A stretch of DNA of 64,000 bases from Deltaproteobacteria bacterium RIFCSPLOWO2_02_FULL_50_16 (GTDB taxonomy: Bacteria; UBA10199; 2-02-FULL-50-16), in NCBI GenBank assembly GCA_001798715.1, contig MGSF01000022.1:21899-85898 (forward strand), in the 5' to 3' direction. The position numbers and the translations under genes were made by a program. Shown here piece by piece: positions 22,217 to 32,926 of the stretch (the first letter of the stretch is position 1; the number at the start of each line of letters is the position of its first letter). The notes beneath the pieces were generated by a model, which saw only the letters and a list, made by a program, of their open reading frames with translations, ran no database searches and was not told the origin of the DNA.

Positions 22217-23533
22217 TTGAAAAAGATTAATATCGAAACAAAAGTAGGACTCTTCGTTTTTCTGGCCATCGCGATTTTGGCCTATATGACTGTGCGTGTG
22301 AGCGATCGAGGGGGTTTTGGGAAGAGTACATATCCTGTTTATGTCCATCTCACCTCAGCCGAAGGATTGACCTACAGGACCCCTGTTGAGATTGCAGGGA
22401 TCCAGGTGGGCTTTGTGGATGATTTTGAGTTGGTGGAGGGTCGTACGGCTCGGTTGAGATTGCAGATCAGGGAGGATGTTCAGCTTCCTGTGGATGTTCA
22501 GGCACAGGTCAGGACAAAGGGTTTTTTGGGAGAAACATATATTGATATTGTTCCCGGCCAATCTTCCGAAAAGATCGTGCCGGGAGGTGATATCGTGGCT
22601 GTGAATCCCTATATTGATTTTTCCCAGCTCACGGCGGATATTCATGACATTCTCTCTGGTGATGATGAGGCGTCTTTAAAAAAGATTTTAAAAAATTTGG
22701 CGGTTTTTTCTGAAAATCTCAGCAGTTTTAGCGAAAAAAACAATCAGAACTGGGACAGTATAGTGGAAAACATGGCTCACCTCTCCCAGGATCTGCGTGA
22801 GATCGTCCAGCAAAACAGGGAGATCATGAATGAGACCATGGAAAGATTGGCGAGTGTTGTTCGTAAAATTGATGAGGGACGGGGGAGCTTGGGCCAGCTC
22901 ATCAACGATGATCGTACGGTTGAAAACCTGAATAATACCTTACAGGGCCTCAATGAAACAATCGGAGGCGTGAGCCGTTTTCAGACAGAGATTGGCTATC
23001 ATTTGGAATTTCTCGGTCAAACAGAGGCTTTTAAAAACTATGTTTCCTTGGCCCTCAAACCGAGGCCGGATAAATATTTTCTCTTGGAATTTGTTGTGGA
23101 TCCCAATCCCTCGCCGGTCGAGACTATTACGACGACCAATGTGACAACAGGGGGGGCGACCACTGCAGTGACGACGCAGACCAGTCGTATCGATAAGAAT
23201 AAATTTCTTATTTCCGCCCAGCTGGCAAAGCAGTTTCATGACTTTACAGTTCGTGGGGGCATCATCGAGTCTCGCGGGGGAGGGGGGCTTGATTACAGCC
23301 GGGGGCCCTTTGGACTGGAGTTTTCGGCCTATGATTTTCGCACGGATAATAATCAAAGACCTCACTTAAAAGTGATGGGGACAGTGAATCTGACCGACAA
23401 CATTTTCCTGCTCTCCGGGGTGGATGATATGATCAATCCCCAGCAGGATCCTGATTGGTTTGTCGGGGCGGGTCTCCAATTTGTTGATGAAGATATTCGT
23501 TCGCTTTTTGGAGCCGTCAAATTGAGTCCCTAA
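22217..23533 (+). CDS. mlaD: MCE-domain protein (MlaD-like) with a long coiled-coil and low-complexity C-terminal extension
   Basis: N-terminal TM plus MCE domain. Position after mlaEF. Confidence 0.7.
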   Translation: MKKINIETKVGLFVFLAIAILAYMTVRVSDRGGFGKSTYPVYVHLTSAEGLTYRTPVEIAGIQVGFVDDFELVEGRTARLRLQIREDVQLPVDVQAQVRTKGFLGETYIDIVPGQSSEKIVPGGDIVAVNPYIDFSQLTADIHDILSGDDEASLKKILKNLAVFSENLSSFSEKNNQNWDSIVENMAHLSQDLREIVQQNREIMNETMERLASVVRKIDEGRGSLGQLINDDRTVENLNNTLQGLNETIGGVSRFQTEIGYHLEFLGQTEAFKNYVSLALKPRPDKYFLLEFVVDPNPSPVETITTTNVTTGGATTAVTTQTSRIDKNKFLISAQLAKQFHDFTVRGGIIESRGGGGLDYSRGPFGLEFSAYDFRTDNNQRPHLKVMGTVNLTDNIFLLSGVDDMINPQQDPDWFVGAGLQFVDEDIRSLFGAVKLSP

Positions 23534-23550
23534 CAAAGGAGGGATGACTC

Positions 23551-25098
23551 ATGCCGAAGATCAAGCGAGCCATCATCAGTCTCTCGGACAAGAATGGAAT
23601 TATTCCTTTTGCGCGATTTCTTCACGAAAACAAAGTCGAAATCTTGTCGACAGGCGGAACGGCCAGCCTGCTCAAAAAAGCAGGGATTCCCGTTACCGAG
23701 GTCTCTGATTATACGGGTTCTCCGGAGATTATGGACGGGCGTTTAAAAACCCTTCATCCGAAAATTCACGGTGGTTTGTTGGCTGTGCGTCATAATGCCA
23801 AACATATGGAGCAGATCAGCAAGAATAATATCAAACCTATTGATATGGTTGTTGTCAATCTTTATCCCTTTGAGCAGACCATTCAAAAGGAGGATTGTTC
23901 TCTGGAAGAGGCTATCGAGAATATTGATATCGGGGGACCGACAATGCTGCGTGCAGCGGCCAAAAATCATCAGGATGTGGCGGTCGTCGTGGATCCGGAT
24001 GATTATTTGCTTGTGATGGATGAGATGAAAAAAAATCACGGTGACATCAGTCCTCAAACAACCTTTCGTTTGGCCCAAAAGGTCTTTGCCCTGACCTCCC
24101 GATATGATGGGGTCATCTGCAATTATCTTTTAAAGGGAGACAAGAATTTTGCCGATGTTGTCAATCTTCAGGGTCGAAAAAAACAGGAGCTTCGTTATGG
24201 GGAGAATCCCCATCAAAAAGCGGCATTTTACCAGGAGGTGGGGGCGGGGGAGGAAGGGATCAGTGGTGCCGTGCAACTGCATGGGAAGGAGTTGTCGTTT
24301 AACAATATTATCGATTTTGATGCCGCCTATGAGGCGGTTCGCAGTTTTCAAGAGACGGCGGCTGTTGTCATCAAACACACCAATCCGGCGGGTTTGGCCC
24401 TTTCAGACGAATCCCTTGTGGAGGCCTTTATTCGGGCCCGGGATTGTGATCCTCTCTCGGCCTTTGGAGGGGTGATCGGGCTCAATCGTCTCGTGGATGC
24501 GTCGACGGCCGAGGCGATCGCCAAGGATTTTTATGAGGGTGTGGTGGCTCCAGAATTTTCCAAGGAGTCCTTGGAGATATTGAGGCAGAAGAAAAATATC
24601 CGTTTGCTCAAGGCCTCTTTTAGGTGGGATCCTCGTGCCTCGGGATGGGATATCAAGAAGGTGAGCGGGGGTTTTTTAGTGCAAAATAGGGATGTGGCAG
24701 CGCTTTCCATCCGTGATTGTCAAGTGGCGACGGAGCGAACCCCTACAGAAGAGGAGTGGAAGGCCCTGGATTTTGCCTGGCGCGTCGTGAGATATGTCAA
24801 ATCGAATGCCATTGTCTTTGTGAAGGGCACGCAGACTATTGGAATCGGAGCGGGTCAAATGAGCCGCATTGATTCCACAAAGATAGCGATATCAAAATCT
24901 CGATCTGACATGAAAGGTTCTGTGATGGCTTCAGATGCCTTTTTCCCCTTTTCTGACAATGTTGAAACGGCCTTTCAGGCGGGATGTACGGCCATTATTC
25001 AACCCGGAGGTTCCATCCGAGATCAAGAGTCTATTGATGCGGCCAATCAATCAAAAATGGCGATGGTGTTTACGGGAATGAGGCATTTCAGGCATTAG
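23551..25098 (+). CDS. purH: Bifunctional AICAR transformylase / IMP cyclohydrolase
   Basis: MGS-like N-terminus ([12 protein letters not shown]...ILSTGGTA) and AICARFT domain. 515 aa. Confidence 0.9.
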   Translation: MPKIKRAIISLSDKNGIIPFARFLHENKVEILSTGGTASLLKKAGIPVTEVSDYTGSPEIMDGRLKTLHPKIHGGLLAVRHNAKHMEQISKNNIKPIDMVVVNLYPFEQTIQKEDCSLEEAIENIDIGGPTMLRAAAKNHQDVAVVVDPDDYLLVMDEMKKNHGDISPQTTFRLAQKVFALTSRYDGVICNYLLKGDKNFADVVNLQGRKKQELRYGENPHQKAAFYQEVGAGEEGISGAVQLHGKELSFNNIIDFDAAYEAVRSFQETAAVVIKHTNPAGLALSDESLVEAFIRARDCDPLSAFGGVIGLNRLVDASTAEAIAKDFYEGVVAPEFSKESLEILRQKKNIRLLKASFRWDPRASGWDIKKVSGGFLVQNRDVAALSIRDCQVATERTPTEEEWKALDFAWRVVRYVKSNAIVFVKGTQTIGIGAGQMSRIDSTKIAISKSRSDMKGSVMASDAFFPFSDNVETAFQAGCTAIIQPGGSIRDQESIDAANQSKMAMVFTGMRHFRH

Positions 25099-25184
25099 CC
25101 CCTCTCTTTATTATATTTATGAAGGTAAGGGGCCATCCCTACCTTAATAAACTATAATAGGGAAAGGGATAGCGGGAGTTTCTC

Positions 25185-26468
25185 ATGAAGGTTTTACTCG
25201 TCGGTGGTGGCGGTCGAGAACATGCCTTGGCCTGGAAGATAGCCCAGAGTCCAAAAGTCACAAAGCTTTTTTGTGCCCCAGGCAATGCGGGGATTTCACA
25301 GGTTGCCGAATGTGTTCCTATTGCCGCTGAGGCCGTTCATGAGCTTCTTCAATTTGCCAAAGATCAAAAGATAGATCTCACGGTGGTGGGTCCGGAACAA
25401 CCGCTTGTGATCGGGATCGTGGACACCTTTCGTCAACAGGGGCTTAGAATCTTTGGACCCACACAAGGGGCCGCTCGACTCGAAGGCTCTAAGGTTTTTA
25501 CCAAGAGATTTTTGGAAAAATATCGTATTCCAACGGCGTCCTATGGTATTTTTGACACCTATGAGGCGGCCCTGTCTTCTATCCAAAAGGATAATTTTCC
25601 CCTGGTGATGAAGGCGGATGGACTTGCGGCCGGAAAGGGTGTCCTTATTTGTCAGGATTTTGGTGAGGGCAAAGAGGCCCTGGAGGTTTTTTTTCGTAAA
25701 CGGGCCTTTGGAGCAGCGGGAAAACGTATTGTCATCGAGGAATTTTTAAAAGGGGAGGAGGTCTCTTATATTGCCTTTTCGGATGGAGAACATTTCCTTC
25801 CGCTGGCCTCTTCGAAAGATCACAAAAGGATTTTTGACAATGATCAGGGTTTAAATACGGGGGGTATGGGGGCTTTTTCCCCGACTCCCGCCTTCACGCC
25901 TGATTTGGAAAAAAGAGTCATTGAGACCGTCATTCGACCCACCATTCAGGGGATGAAGGATGAAGGGACTCCTTTTGAGGGCATTCTCTATGTGGGATTG
26001 ATGCTGACGAAGGAAGGTCCGAAGGTTTTGGAGTTTAATGTCCGCATGGGTGATCCTGAGACCCAGCCTCTATTGGTTCGGATGAAGACGGATATTATCG
26101 AGATTATTGAAAAGGTTTTTACCCGGCGTCTCCATGAACAGGTTGTTGAATGGGAGGCTAAGACTTCTCTTTGTATTGTCATGGCCTCAGGGGGTTATCC
26201 GGGGAAATATGAGAAAGGACATGTCATCGAAGGGCTTGATGGCATTCAACAGGATGTTTTTGTGTTTCACGCAGGGACTGAGTGGGGAATCGGGGACAAA
26301 AAAGGCAAGATTGTGACGAATGGAGGGAGGGTTTTGGGAGTGACAGCCTTAGGGGATGATCTTGAAGAGGCGAGAAAGAAAGGATATAAGGCTGTATCAC
26401 AGATTCATTGGCCCCATGTCCATTATCGCCGTGATATTGGTCGTAGCCAGTCAAACGAGAAAGGATGA
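25185..26468 (+). CDS. purD: Phosphoribosylamine--glycine ligase
   Basis: MKVLLVGGGGREHALAWK N-terminus. ATP-grasp domain. Confidence 0.9.
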   Translation: MKVLLVGGGGREHALAWKIAQSPKVTKLFCAPGNAGISQVAECVPIAAEAVHELLQFAKDQKIDLTVVGPEQPLVIGIVDTFRQQGLRIFGPTQGAARLEGSKVFTKRFLEKYRIPTASYGIFDTYEAALSSIQKDNFPLVMKADGLAAGKGVLICQDFGEGKEALEVFFRKRAFGAAGKRIVIEEFLKGEEVSYIAFSDGEHFLPLASSKDHKRIFDNDQGLNTGGMGAFSPTPAFTPDLEKRVIETVIRPTIQGMKDEGTPFEGILYVGLMLTKEGPKVLEFNVRMGDPETQPLLVRMKTDIIEIIEKVFTRRLHEQVVEWEAKTSLCIVMASGGYPGKYEKGHVIEGLDGIQQDVFVFHAGTEWGIGDKKGKIVTNGGRVLGVTALGDDLEEARKKGYKAVSQIHWPHVHYRRDIGRSQSNEKG

Positions 26469-26980
26469 GCATGAAGAAAAAACAGCCATTGGTGGGTATT
26501 TTGATGGGAAGTGATAGTGATGTCTTGGTCATGGGTGAAGCGGCAAAAATTTTGGATGATTTCAATGTTCCCCATGAGCAAGTGATTACGTCGGCCCACC
26601 GCTCCCCTAAGAGGACAATGCTTTATGCCGAATCAGCGTCCAAGCGGGGGATCAAGATCTTGATTGCCGGGGCAGGGTATGCGGCCCATTTGGCGGGGGT
26701 TGTAGCGGCACAAACCGTTCTTCCGGTGATTGGAGTGCCCATTGATTCCTCCTCTTTGAAGGGTCTTGATGCTATCCTGTCCACTGTCCAGATGCCGGGG
26801 GGGATTCCCGTGGCAACCATGTCCATTGGTAAGGCGGGGGCCAAAAATGCCGCCCTGATGGCAGTGGCCATATTGGCGCTTTCGAATCAAACCTTGAAAA
26901 AATCCCTAGAATCCTATCGTCGCAAATTAGAAAAAGGTATTTTAAAAAAGAATAAAAAACTGCAATCTAAAAATTTATAA
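26465..26980 (+). CDS. purE: N5-carboxyaminoimidazole ribonucleotide mutase
   Basis: PurE signature (VGILMGSDSD...GAGYAAHLAGVVAA). Confidence 0.85.
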   Translation: MSMKKKQPLVGILMGSDSDVLVMGEAAKILDDFNVPHEQVITSAHRSPKRTMLYAESASKRGIKILIAGAGYAAHLAGVVAAQTVLPVIGVPIDSSSLKGLDAILSTVQMPGGIPVATMSIGKAGAKNAALMAVAILALSNQTLKKSLESYRRKLEKGILKKNKKLQSKNL

Positions 26981-26981
26981 G

Positions 26982-27638
26982 ATGAATATGTCTCAAATTA
27001 TTTCTATCAATCACAGCCAACCAGAACCGTTACTGATCCATGAGATAGTGCAGGCTATTCGTGATGGAAAGGTGGTGGCTTATCCTACAGAAACCTTTTA
27101 TGGTTTCGGCGTTGACGTGAGTCAAGAGACGGCCATCAAACGCCTTTTTGACTTAAAAAGACGTGATTATGGCAATCCGATTGCGGTGATCGTTGCCGAT
27201 CAGGAAATGTTGTATACGGTGGTTCATGATGTTCCGGAAACGGCCAAAACTTTGATGGAAATTTTTTGGCCGGGACCTTTGACCATCTTGTTTCAAACAA
27301 CGGACAAAATTTCAAGGCAGTTGACAACCAATACGGGAAAGATAGGCATTCGTGTCTCTTCCGATCCTATTGCTGCAAGTATTGTAAAAGAGATGGGCCG
27401 ACCCCTGACAACGACCAGCGCCAATTTGTCAGGACATCCGCCTTCTTTTAGCGCGCAGGATGTCATACACTATTTTGGCGATAAGATTGATTATATTGTT
27501 GATGTTGGAGAGTTGCCTCCTAGTTTAGGTTCGACAGTTGTTGATGTGTCAGAAGAAAAGATAGTCTTGATTCGTGAGGGTGTGCTAAAGGCAGAGTCCA
27601 TATTCAAGCATTTTGGCAAGGACTATTCGACGACGTAA
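26982..27638 (+). CDS. tsaC: L-threonylcarbamoyladenylate synthase (TsaC/YrdC family)
   Basis: YrdC fold motifs (YPTETFYGFG, SANLSG). Confidence 0.8.
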   Translation: MNMSQIISINHSQPEPLLIHEIVQAIRDGKVVAYPTETFYGFGVDVSQETAIKRLFDLKRRDYGNPIAVIVADQEMLYTVVHDVPETAKTLMEIFWPGPLTILFQTTDKISRQLTTNTGKIGIRVSSDPIAASIVKEMGRPLTTTSANLSGHPPSFSAQDVIHYFGDKIDYIVDVGELPPSLGSTVVDVSEEKIVLIREGVLKAESIFKHFGKDYSTT

Positions 27639-27651
27639 AGGAGTGGCTCCT

Positions 27652-28989
27652 ATGAGTGTTTTCCCTAAGATTTCCCCATTTAGAGGTGTTCGTTATAATC
27701 TAGATCGCATTAAGGATGTTTCTCTTGTTGTGGCTCCTCCTTACGATGTCATCAGTTCGAAGCGACAGGAAGAATTGTATCAGCTACACCCCTACAATGT
27801 GATTCGGTTGATTTTAGGAAAGAAAAATCAGTCCGATGGGGAAAATGATAATCAATATACCCGGGCGGCTCGTGATTGGAATCTCTGGCAAAAAGAAAAT
27901 ATACTCATTCGCGACCCTCATCCTTCTATCTATATTTATCATCAGGAGTTTAATGTTCCGGGTCAAGGACGTGTTGTGCGCAAGGGTTTTTTGGCGCTCA
28001 AGCGGTTGGAGGATTTTGAAGAAGGCGGTGTCAAACCCCATGAGAAAACCATCGAAGGTCCTAAGGCAGATCGTTTGAAGCTGATGAAGGCCTGCCAATC
28101 TAATTTCAGTCCTATTTTTGGACTTTATGCCTCACAAGATTCTACTGTTTCAGATCTAATCAGTTTGGAGAACAGGGAGAAATCTCTGATTGATATTTCT
28201 GATCTTGATGGTGTACGTCATTGCCTTTGGAAATTAGAAGACTCTGATGTTATTCAATCCATAGTACGATCCATGACGGATAGAACTATTCTCATTGCGG
28301 ATGGACATCATCGTTATGAGACGGCATTGAATTATCGCAATTGGATTAAGGGAAAGGGTAAGATCAGTGACGATTCACCGGTGCATTATGTTTTGATGTA
28401 TTTTGCCGATATGGGAGACCCCGGCATGCTGGTTTTTCCCACTCATCGGATGCTTCGTCGTTGGCCCAAATTTCACTGGCTTACATTCTTGAGTCTTTTG
28501 AGAAAGAATTTTGAAGTAGAGGTTTTTAAGCGTGATCATAAAGAGGATTTTTTAAAAATTTTAAAGGATAAAAAATCTAAAGATCATGTTTTTGGAGTCG
28601 TGAGTTGCGAAGACCCACAACATTTTTATTTACTGACTTTGAATGATAATAATGTCATTAATCATCCAGGCCTTCAAGATATCGCTGCCCCGCTACGACG
28701 TCTCGATGCGGGCATATTGCATCACCTCATATTGAAGAAGCTCCTCGAGATGTCCGAGGAGCAACAGAGAGATCCGCAATATATGGATTTTATCAAGGAG
28801 GAGCAAAAGGCGTGGGAGCAAGTGGAAGAAACCGACGTTCAATGTCTCTTTCTTATGAAGGCTCCAGAAATGAAACAAATTCAAGAGGTTGCAGATGCCG
28901 GTCTTATCATGCCGCCGAAAACGACCTACTTTTATCCCAAGCTTCTTTCAGGTTTGGTTTTTAACAAAATAGATCTTCAAGGGGAGTGA
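27652..28989 (+). CDS. DUF1015 family protein
   Basis: ADGHHRYETALNY motif characteristic of DUF1015. About 445 aa. Confidence 0.6.
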   Translation: MSVFPKISPFRGVRYNLDRIKDVSLVVAPPYDVISSKRQEELYQLHPYNVIRLILGKKNQSDGENDNQYTRAARDWNLWQKENILIRDPHPSIYIYHQEFNVPGQGRVVRKGFLALKRLEDFEEGGVKPHEKTIEGPKADRLKLMKACQSNFSPIFGLYASQDSTVSDLISLENREKSLIDISDLDGVRHCLWKLEDSDVIQSIVRSMTDRTILIADGHHRYETALNYRNWIKGKGKISDDSPVHYVLMYFADMGDPGMLVFPTHRMLRRWPKFHWLTFLSLLRKNFEVEVFKRDHKEDFLKILKDKKSKDHVFGVVSCEDPQHFYLLTLNDNNVINHPGLQDIAAPLRRLDAGILHHLILKKLLEMSEEQQRDPQYMDFIKEEQKAWEQVEETDVQCLFLMKAPEMKQIQEVADAGLIMPPKTTYFYPKLLSGLVFNKIDLQGE

Positions 28990-28992
28990 GGC

Positions 28993-29376
28993 CTACTTTT
29001 TTCGATATATTTGAACTTTGGCCTTATTTTTAAAATGAAGATCTTTGATTTTTAATGAAGGGAACTGATCCTGAATCTTGAGAAGTATTTCATGTTTTAA
29101 TAGGTGTAGTTCTTGAGTCCAGCTAGGACTTTTTGTTTGAATCGTTAAAAGGCCATGTCGGAGGCTTAGAGGTTCTGTTTTTGTCGATATCGTTTTGCCT
29201 AGTATTTTCTCCCATGCAAGGGAGAGATCGGTGAGTTCGGCATTTTGGGGATGGAGTAGTTGAGGCAGAGAATTTTCCAGTATGTCCTTAATTGAAGTGG
29301 GCCTCGACAGACCTGATTTTTGACTCATCAAGTCATAAATATCGCAAGTGAAAGTTTTTGACAAGTCTGAATTCAA
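28993..29376 (-). CDS. DUF721 / DciA-like small protein
   Basis: Weak family-level resemblance only (size, charge pattern). Confidence 0.3.
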   Translation of the reverse strand: MNSDLSKTFTCDIYDLMSQKSGLSRPTSIKDILENSLPQLLHPQNAELTDLSLAWEKILGKTISTKTEPLSLRHGLLTIQTKSPSWTQELHLLKHEILLKIQDQFPSLKIKDLHFKNKAKVQIYRKK

Positions 29377-29421
29377 GCTGTAGTATTAAGTTTCGTTCGT
29401 GAAAGAAGGGGTTGTTTTTTT

Positions 29422-29787
29422 ATGAATAAAAAGGAATTAAAAGAGCTTAAAGAGATTTTAGAGGGTATGAAAAATGAGCTTTTAACCCAGGCCGAGCAAA
29501 TGCGTCAGCGGAGTTTGGGTCTTGATGTCGAGGATTTGCCGGATGAGGTTGATCTAGCGACCTCTGAGACGGATCAGTCTCTTAATCTTCATTTAAGGGA
29601 TCGGGAAAGAACTCTCTTCAAAAAAATTGAGGATGCCCTCGAACGCATGGAAAATAACGAGTATGGAAAGTGCACACTCTGTGATGAAGAGATTGGTTTT
29701 AAACGTCTCAAGGCCCGTCCGGTGACGGATCTCTGTATTCGGTGTAAAGAAGAACAGGAAAGTGTTGAAAAGAGGTACGCCGAGTAA
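29422..29787 (+). CDS. DksA/TraR-family C4 zinc-finger protein
   Basis: Coiled-coil N-terminus followed by CTLCDEEI...(17)...CIRCK. Confidence 0.7.
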   Translation: MNKKELKELKEILEGMKNELLTQAEQMRQRSLGLDVEDLPDEVDLATSETDQSLNLHLRDRERTLFKKIEDALERMENNEYGKCTLCDEEIGFKRLKARPVTDLCIRCKEEQESVEKRYAE

Positions 29788-29994
29788 TTTTCTTTTCTAA
29801 CCCCGACTCGCTCCGAAGGAACTCGTCGGGATAATTGTCTGTAACACCAGCGCTTGTATGTACTTCGCGCTGTTTACAAGTCAGTTCATTAATGTCTATC
29901 CATAAGGACTGACAGTACTAAGGCAAATGACACACCCCTTGGGGTTTTCAATGTATAGTGGGAAATGGCCGCCTTAGTAACAGACACTAACCTA

Positions 29995-31029
29995 TCAAAA
30001 CAGATTCTTTTGCAAGGAGGCGTTTTTTTGTTCCGGGTAGGAAATTCCTAAATGATGATAAGCCGCTCTTGAGGCCATGCGACCCCTGGATGTTCGTTGA
30101 ATATAACCGCTCTGGATCAAAAAGGGTTCGTAGAGATCTTCAATCGTTCCCTTGTCCTCGCCAATAGCGGAGGCCATGGTTTCCACGCCCACAGGGCCTC
30201 CTTGAAACTGTTCGATGATTGTTTTCAATATTTTGAGATCCATCACATCGAGTCCCTTTTCATCAACTTCGAGAAAATCAAGGGCCTTTTTGGCAATGTC
30301 TTTGTTGATAGTCCCTGAGGCCTTGATTTCGGCGAAATCGCGAACACGTCGCAAAAGGCGATTGGTAATGCGGGGAGTTCCCCGAGAACGCTTTGCTATC
30401 TCAAAAGCCCCCTCAGACTGGAGAGCGACACCGAGGATTCTGGCCGAGTGAAGTGCGATTTCTTTGAGTTCTTCAGGTGAATAAAAATCAAGACGGGCAC
30501 TGATGCCGAATCGATCGCGCAAGGGAGATGTCAACAGTCCCGCTCGTGTTGTGGCCCCGACAAGGGTAAAGGGAGGGATGTCGAGTTTTACAGTTTTTGC
30601 GGAGGGACCTTGACCAATGATGATGTCGAGTTTGTAGTCTTCCATGGCCTGATACAGGACCTCTTCAATCACAGCGGAAAGGCGGTGGATTTCATCGATG
30701 AAAAGGATGTCAAGGGGAGCTAAATTGGTAAGAATGGCGGCAAGGTCGCCCTGATGTTCGATAGCGGGGCCTGATGTGGCGCGAATGTTGACATTCATTT
30801 CATTGGCCATGATGTGGGCGAGCGAGGTCTTGCCTAGACCAGGAGGGCCGTAGAAAAGGGCGTGGTCGAGAGATTCTTTGCGTTTTTTGGCGGCTTGGAT
30901 AAAAATGTCCAACTTCTCTTTCAAACCGCTTTGTCCCACAAATTCCTTGAGTGTTTTTGGTCTGAGAGAGGTATCAAAGGGGATATCTTCATCAATTCGA
31001 ACAGGGTTTAAGTTTTTTTGTTCAGACAT
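29995..31029 (-). CDS. ruvB: Holliday junction branch-migration ATPase RuvB
   Basis: AAA+ Walker [12 protein letters not shown]. RuvB length and C-terminal winged helix. Confidence 0.9.
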   Translation of the reverse strand: MSEQKNLNPVRIDEDIPFDTSLRPKTLKEFVGQSGLKEKLDIFIQAAKKRKESLDHALFYGPPGLGKTSLAHIMANEMNVNIRATSGPAIEHQGDLAAILTNLAPLDILFIDEIHRLSAVIEEVLYQAMEDYKLDIIIGQGPSAKTVKLDIPPFTLVGATTRAGLLTSPLRDRFGISARLDFYSPEELKEIALHSARILGVALQSEGAFEIAKRSRGTPRITNRLLRRVRDFAEIKASGTINKDIAKKALDFLEVDEKGLDVMDLKILKTIIEQFQGGPVGVETMASAIGEDKGTIEDLYEPFLIQSGYIQRTSRGRMASRAAYHHLGISYPEQKNASLQKNLF

Positions 31030-31628
31030 TATGAACGGGCTCCTGCAATGTTTTGTAATGTTTCACGGATGAGTGATTCTAGGGTGGCTTCTTTGGAGAA
31101 TTTCAGTTGAGTGACCGCTTTTTCCGCCACATTTTTGCTGTAGCCAAGATTCATCAGTGCCGATTCGACATCTTTTGCTATGGCCTGGTAGGGCAGAATG
31201 GATTTTGAGGAAGAAATAATTTCGAGTCCCTCGAGCTTATCCTTCAAATCGATGACTATACGAGTGGCCATTTTTTTTCCTACACCTGGAATGGTGGTCA
31301 GTTTATCAACATCTTCTCGTTGGATGGCCTCTGTCAGCTCTAATGGAGGCATTCCTGAAAGAATATTGAGGGCGAGCCTGGGTCCGATGCCGTTGACTTT
31401 AATCAATTTTAGAAAAATGGTTTTTTCCAAGGTATCGAAAAAACCAAAGAGAGACAATTCATTTTCCCGCATGTGAGTATATATTTTCAGGGTAACCCTT
31501 TCACCTATGGAAGGAAGACGTTCGTAGGTTCTTGGAGAAATGTGGATTTCATAACCGACCCCACCCACATCTATAGTGGTGGATCCTGTGCTTTTATCGG
31601 AAAGGAATCCTTTGAGTGAACCAATCAT
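31029..31628 (-). CDS. ruvA: Holliday junction DNA helicase subunit RuvA
   Basis: MIGSLKG...GVGYEI N-terminus typical of RuvA. HhH motifs. Confidence 0.85.
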   Translation of the reverse strand: MIGSLKGFLSDKSTGSTTIDVGGVGYEIHISPRTYERLPSIGERVTLKIYTHMRENELSLFGFFDTLEKTIFLKLIKVNGIGPRLALNILSGMPPLELTEAIQREDVDKLTTIPGVGKKMATRIVIDLKDKLEGLEIISSSKSILPYQAIAKDVESALMNLGYSKNVAEKAVTQLKFSKEATLESLIRETLQNIAGARS

Positions 31629-32119
31629 GCTGAAGCTCTCATTCCTTGCAAGTTAGTATTTGTGTGGGCATGACACAGGGCCACTGCCAAGGCGTCAGAG
31701 GCATCGAGAGGCGGTTTTTCTTTGAGCCGGAGCAGTTTCATAATCATTGCCTGAACCTGTTCCTTGGAGGCTTGACCATAGCTCGTGACAGCCTGTTTTA
31801 TTTGCAAAGGGGTGTACTCATATAAAGACAAACCGGCTTGTATAGCGGCTAAAATTAAAACGCCTCGACTATGACCCAATTTAAGTGCGCTATTGGCATT
31901 TTTCGAAAAGAAGACATTTTCAATAGACAAAACATTAGGTTTTGATTCTGCGATGATGGAAGATAATCCTTGATATATTTCCAGAAGCCTGTTGGACAAG
32001 GGGCTGTTTGAATTGGTTCTAAGGCAACCATAGGTTAAAGGAATCCATTGATCTTTTTTTTTCTCGATGACTCCATATCCTGTGATATGAGAGCCTGGAT
32101 CAATTCCTAGAATTTTCAA
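31625..32119 (-). CDS. ruvC: Crossover junction endodeoxyribonuclease RuvC
   Basis: [19 protein letters not shown] RuvC N-terminus. 164 aa. Confidence 0.85.
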   Translation of the reverse strand: MKILGIDPGSHITGYGVIEKKKDQWIPLTYGCLRTNSNSPLSNRLLEIYQGLSSIIAESKPNVLSIENVFFSKNANSALKLGHSRGVLILAAIQAGLSLYEYTPLQIKQAVTSYGQASKEQVQAMIMKLLRLKEKPPLDASDALAVALCHAHTNTNLQGMRASA

Positions 32120-32873
32120 TTTTGTTCATGACCTCCTGTGAGATATCAAAATTTGAGTAGACATTTTGTACATCATCATTGTCATCAAGGGCTTCCATGA
32201 GTTTGAGCATTTTTTCCCCGTCTTTGTCATTGAGATTGACCGTGGTTTTGGGGACCATCGTGATATCGGAGCTCGCCGCCTTGAGACCTTTAGTTTCTAT
32301 TTTCTTCTTGATCTCATCGAGGTGAAGAGGGTCGACATAAAGTTCCCACAAATCCTCTCCATTGACGAGGTCGTCGGCACCCGCTTCAATAGCGGCCTCC
32401 ATAAGGGCATCCTCTGAGACTGTGGATTTGTTGAAATTAATTTGACCTCGCTTGTTGAAGATCCATGCGACACAGCCGGCTTCTCCCATGTTGCCACTAT
32501 TTTTTGTCAGAATATGACGAATTTCAGAAATAGTTCTGTTTTTGTTGTCTGTGACGATCTGAATTAACAGGGCTGTTCCTCCTGGTCCATATCCTTCAAG
32601 GATACATTCTTCGTAGTTAACCCCTTCAAGCTCACCAGTTCCCTTTTTGATGGCTCGGACAATATTATCCTGAGGCATGTTGCCTTCTTTGGCCTTATCA
32701 ACAGCGGTTCTTAAGCGGAAATTGGAATCGATATTACCGCCGCCCTGTCGGGCAGCCACCGTTATTTCTCGGATGAGCTTGGTAAATAAGGCCCCTCGTT
32801 TGGCATCATTAGCTCCTTTTTTTCTCTTAATGGTGGCCCATTTAGAATGTCCTGACATTTTGATTCTCCTCAT
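32100..32873 (-). CDS. YebC/PmpR-family transcriptional regulator
   Basis: [22 protein letters not shown]... canonical YebC N-terminus. Confidence 0.85.
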   Translation of the reverse strand: MRRIKMSGHSKWATIKRKKGANDAKRGALFTKLIREITVAARQGGGNIDSNFRLRTAVDKAKEGNMPQDNIVRAIKKGTGELEGVNYEECILEGYGPGGTALLIQIVTDNKNRTISEIRHILTKNSGNMGEAGCVAWIFNKRGQINFNKSTVSEDALMEAAIEAGADDLVNGEDLWELYVDPLHLDEIKKKIETKGLKAASSDITMVPKTTVNLNDKDGEKMLKLMEALDDNDDVQNVYSNFDISQEVMNKIENSRN

Positions 32874-32926
32874 CTACGTTCTTATTTAGGACGTACCATA
32901 AAGGTTCCTAGAAAGCAATTATCGTC

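Noticed and set aside
25099-25184. Hairpin TAAGGTAAGGGG-CCAT-CCCTACCTTA after purH as a terminator
   Set aside because: The stem is imperfect, with a bulge, and is not followed by a T-run. Possibly just an RNA structure, not called.
29860-29960. Resemblance to SRP (4.5S) RNA helix-8 flanks (CTGTTTAC..AGTCAG..AAGGCAAATGAC)
   Set aside because: The universally conserved GGAA tetraloop and AGCAGCC symmetric-loop motif are absent. The resemblance is probably fortuitous, and only cmsearch could overturn this.
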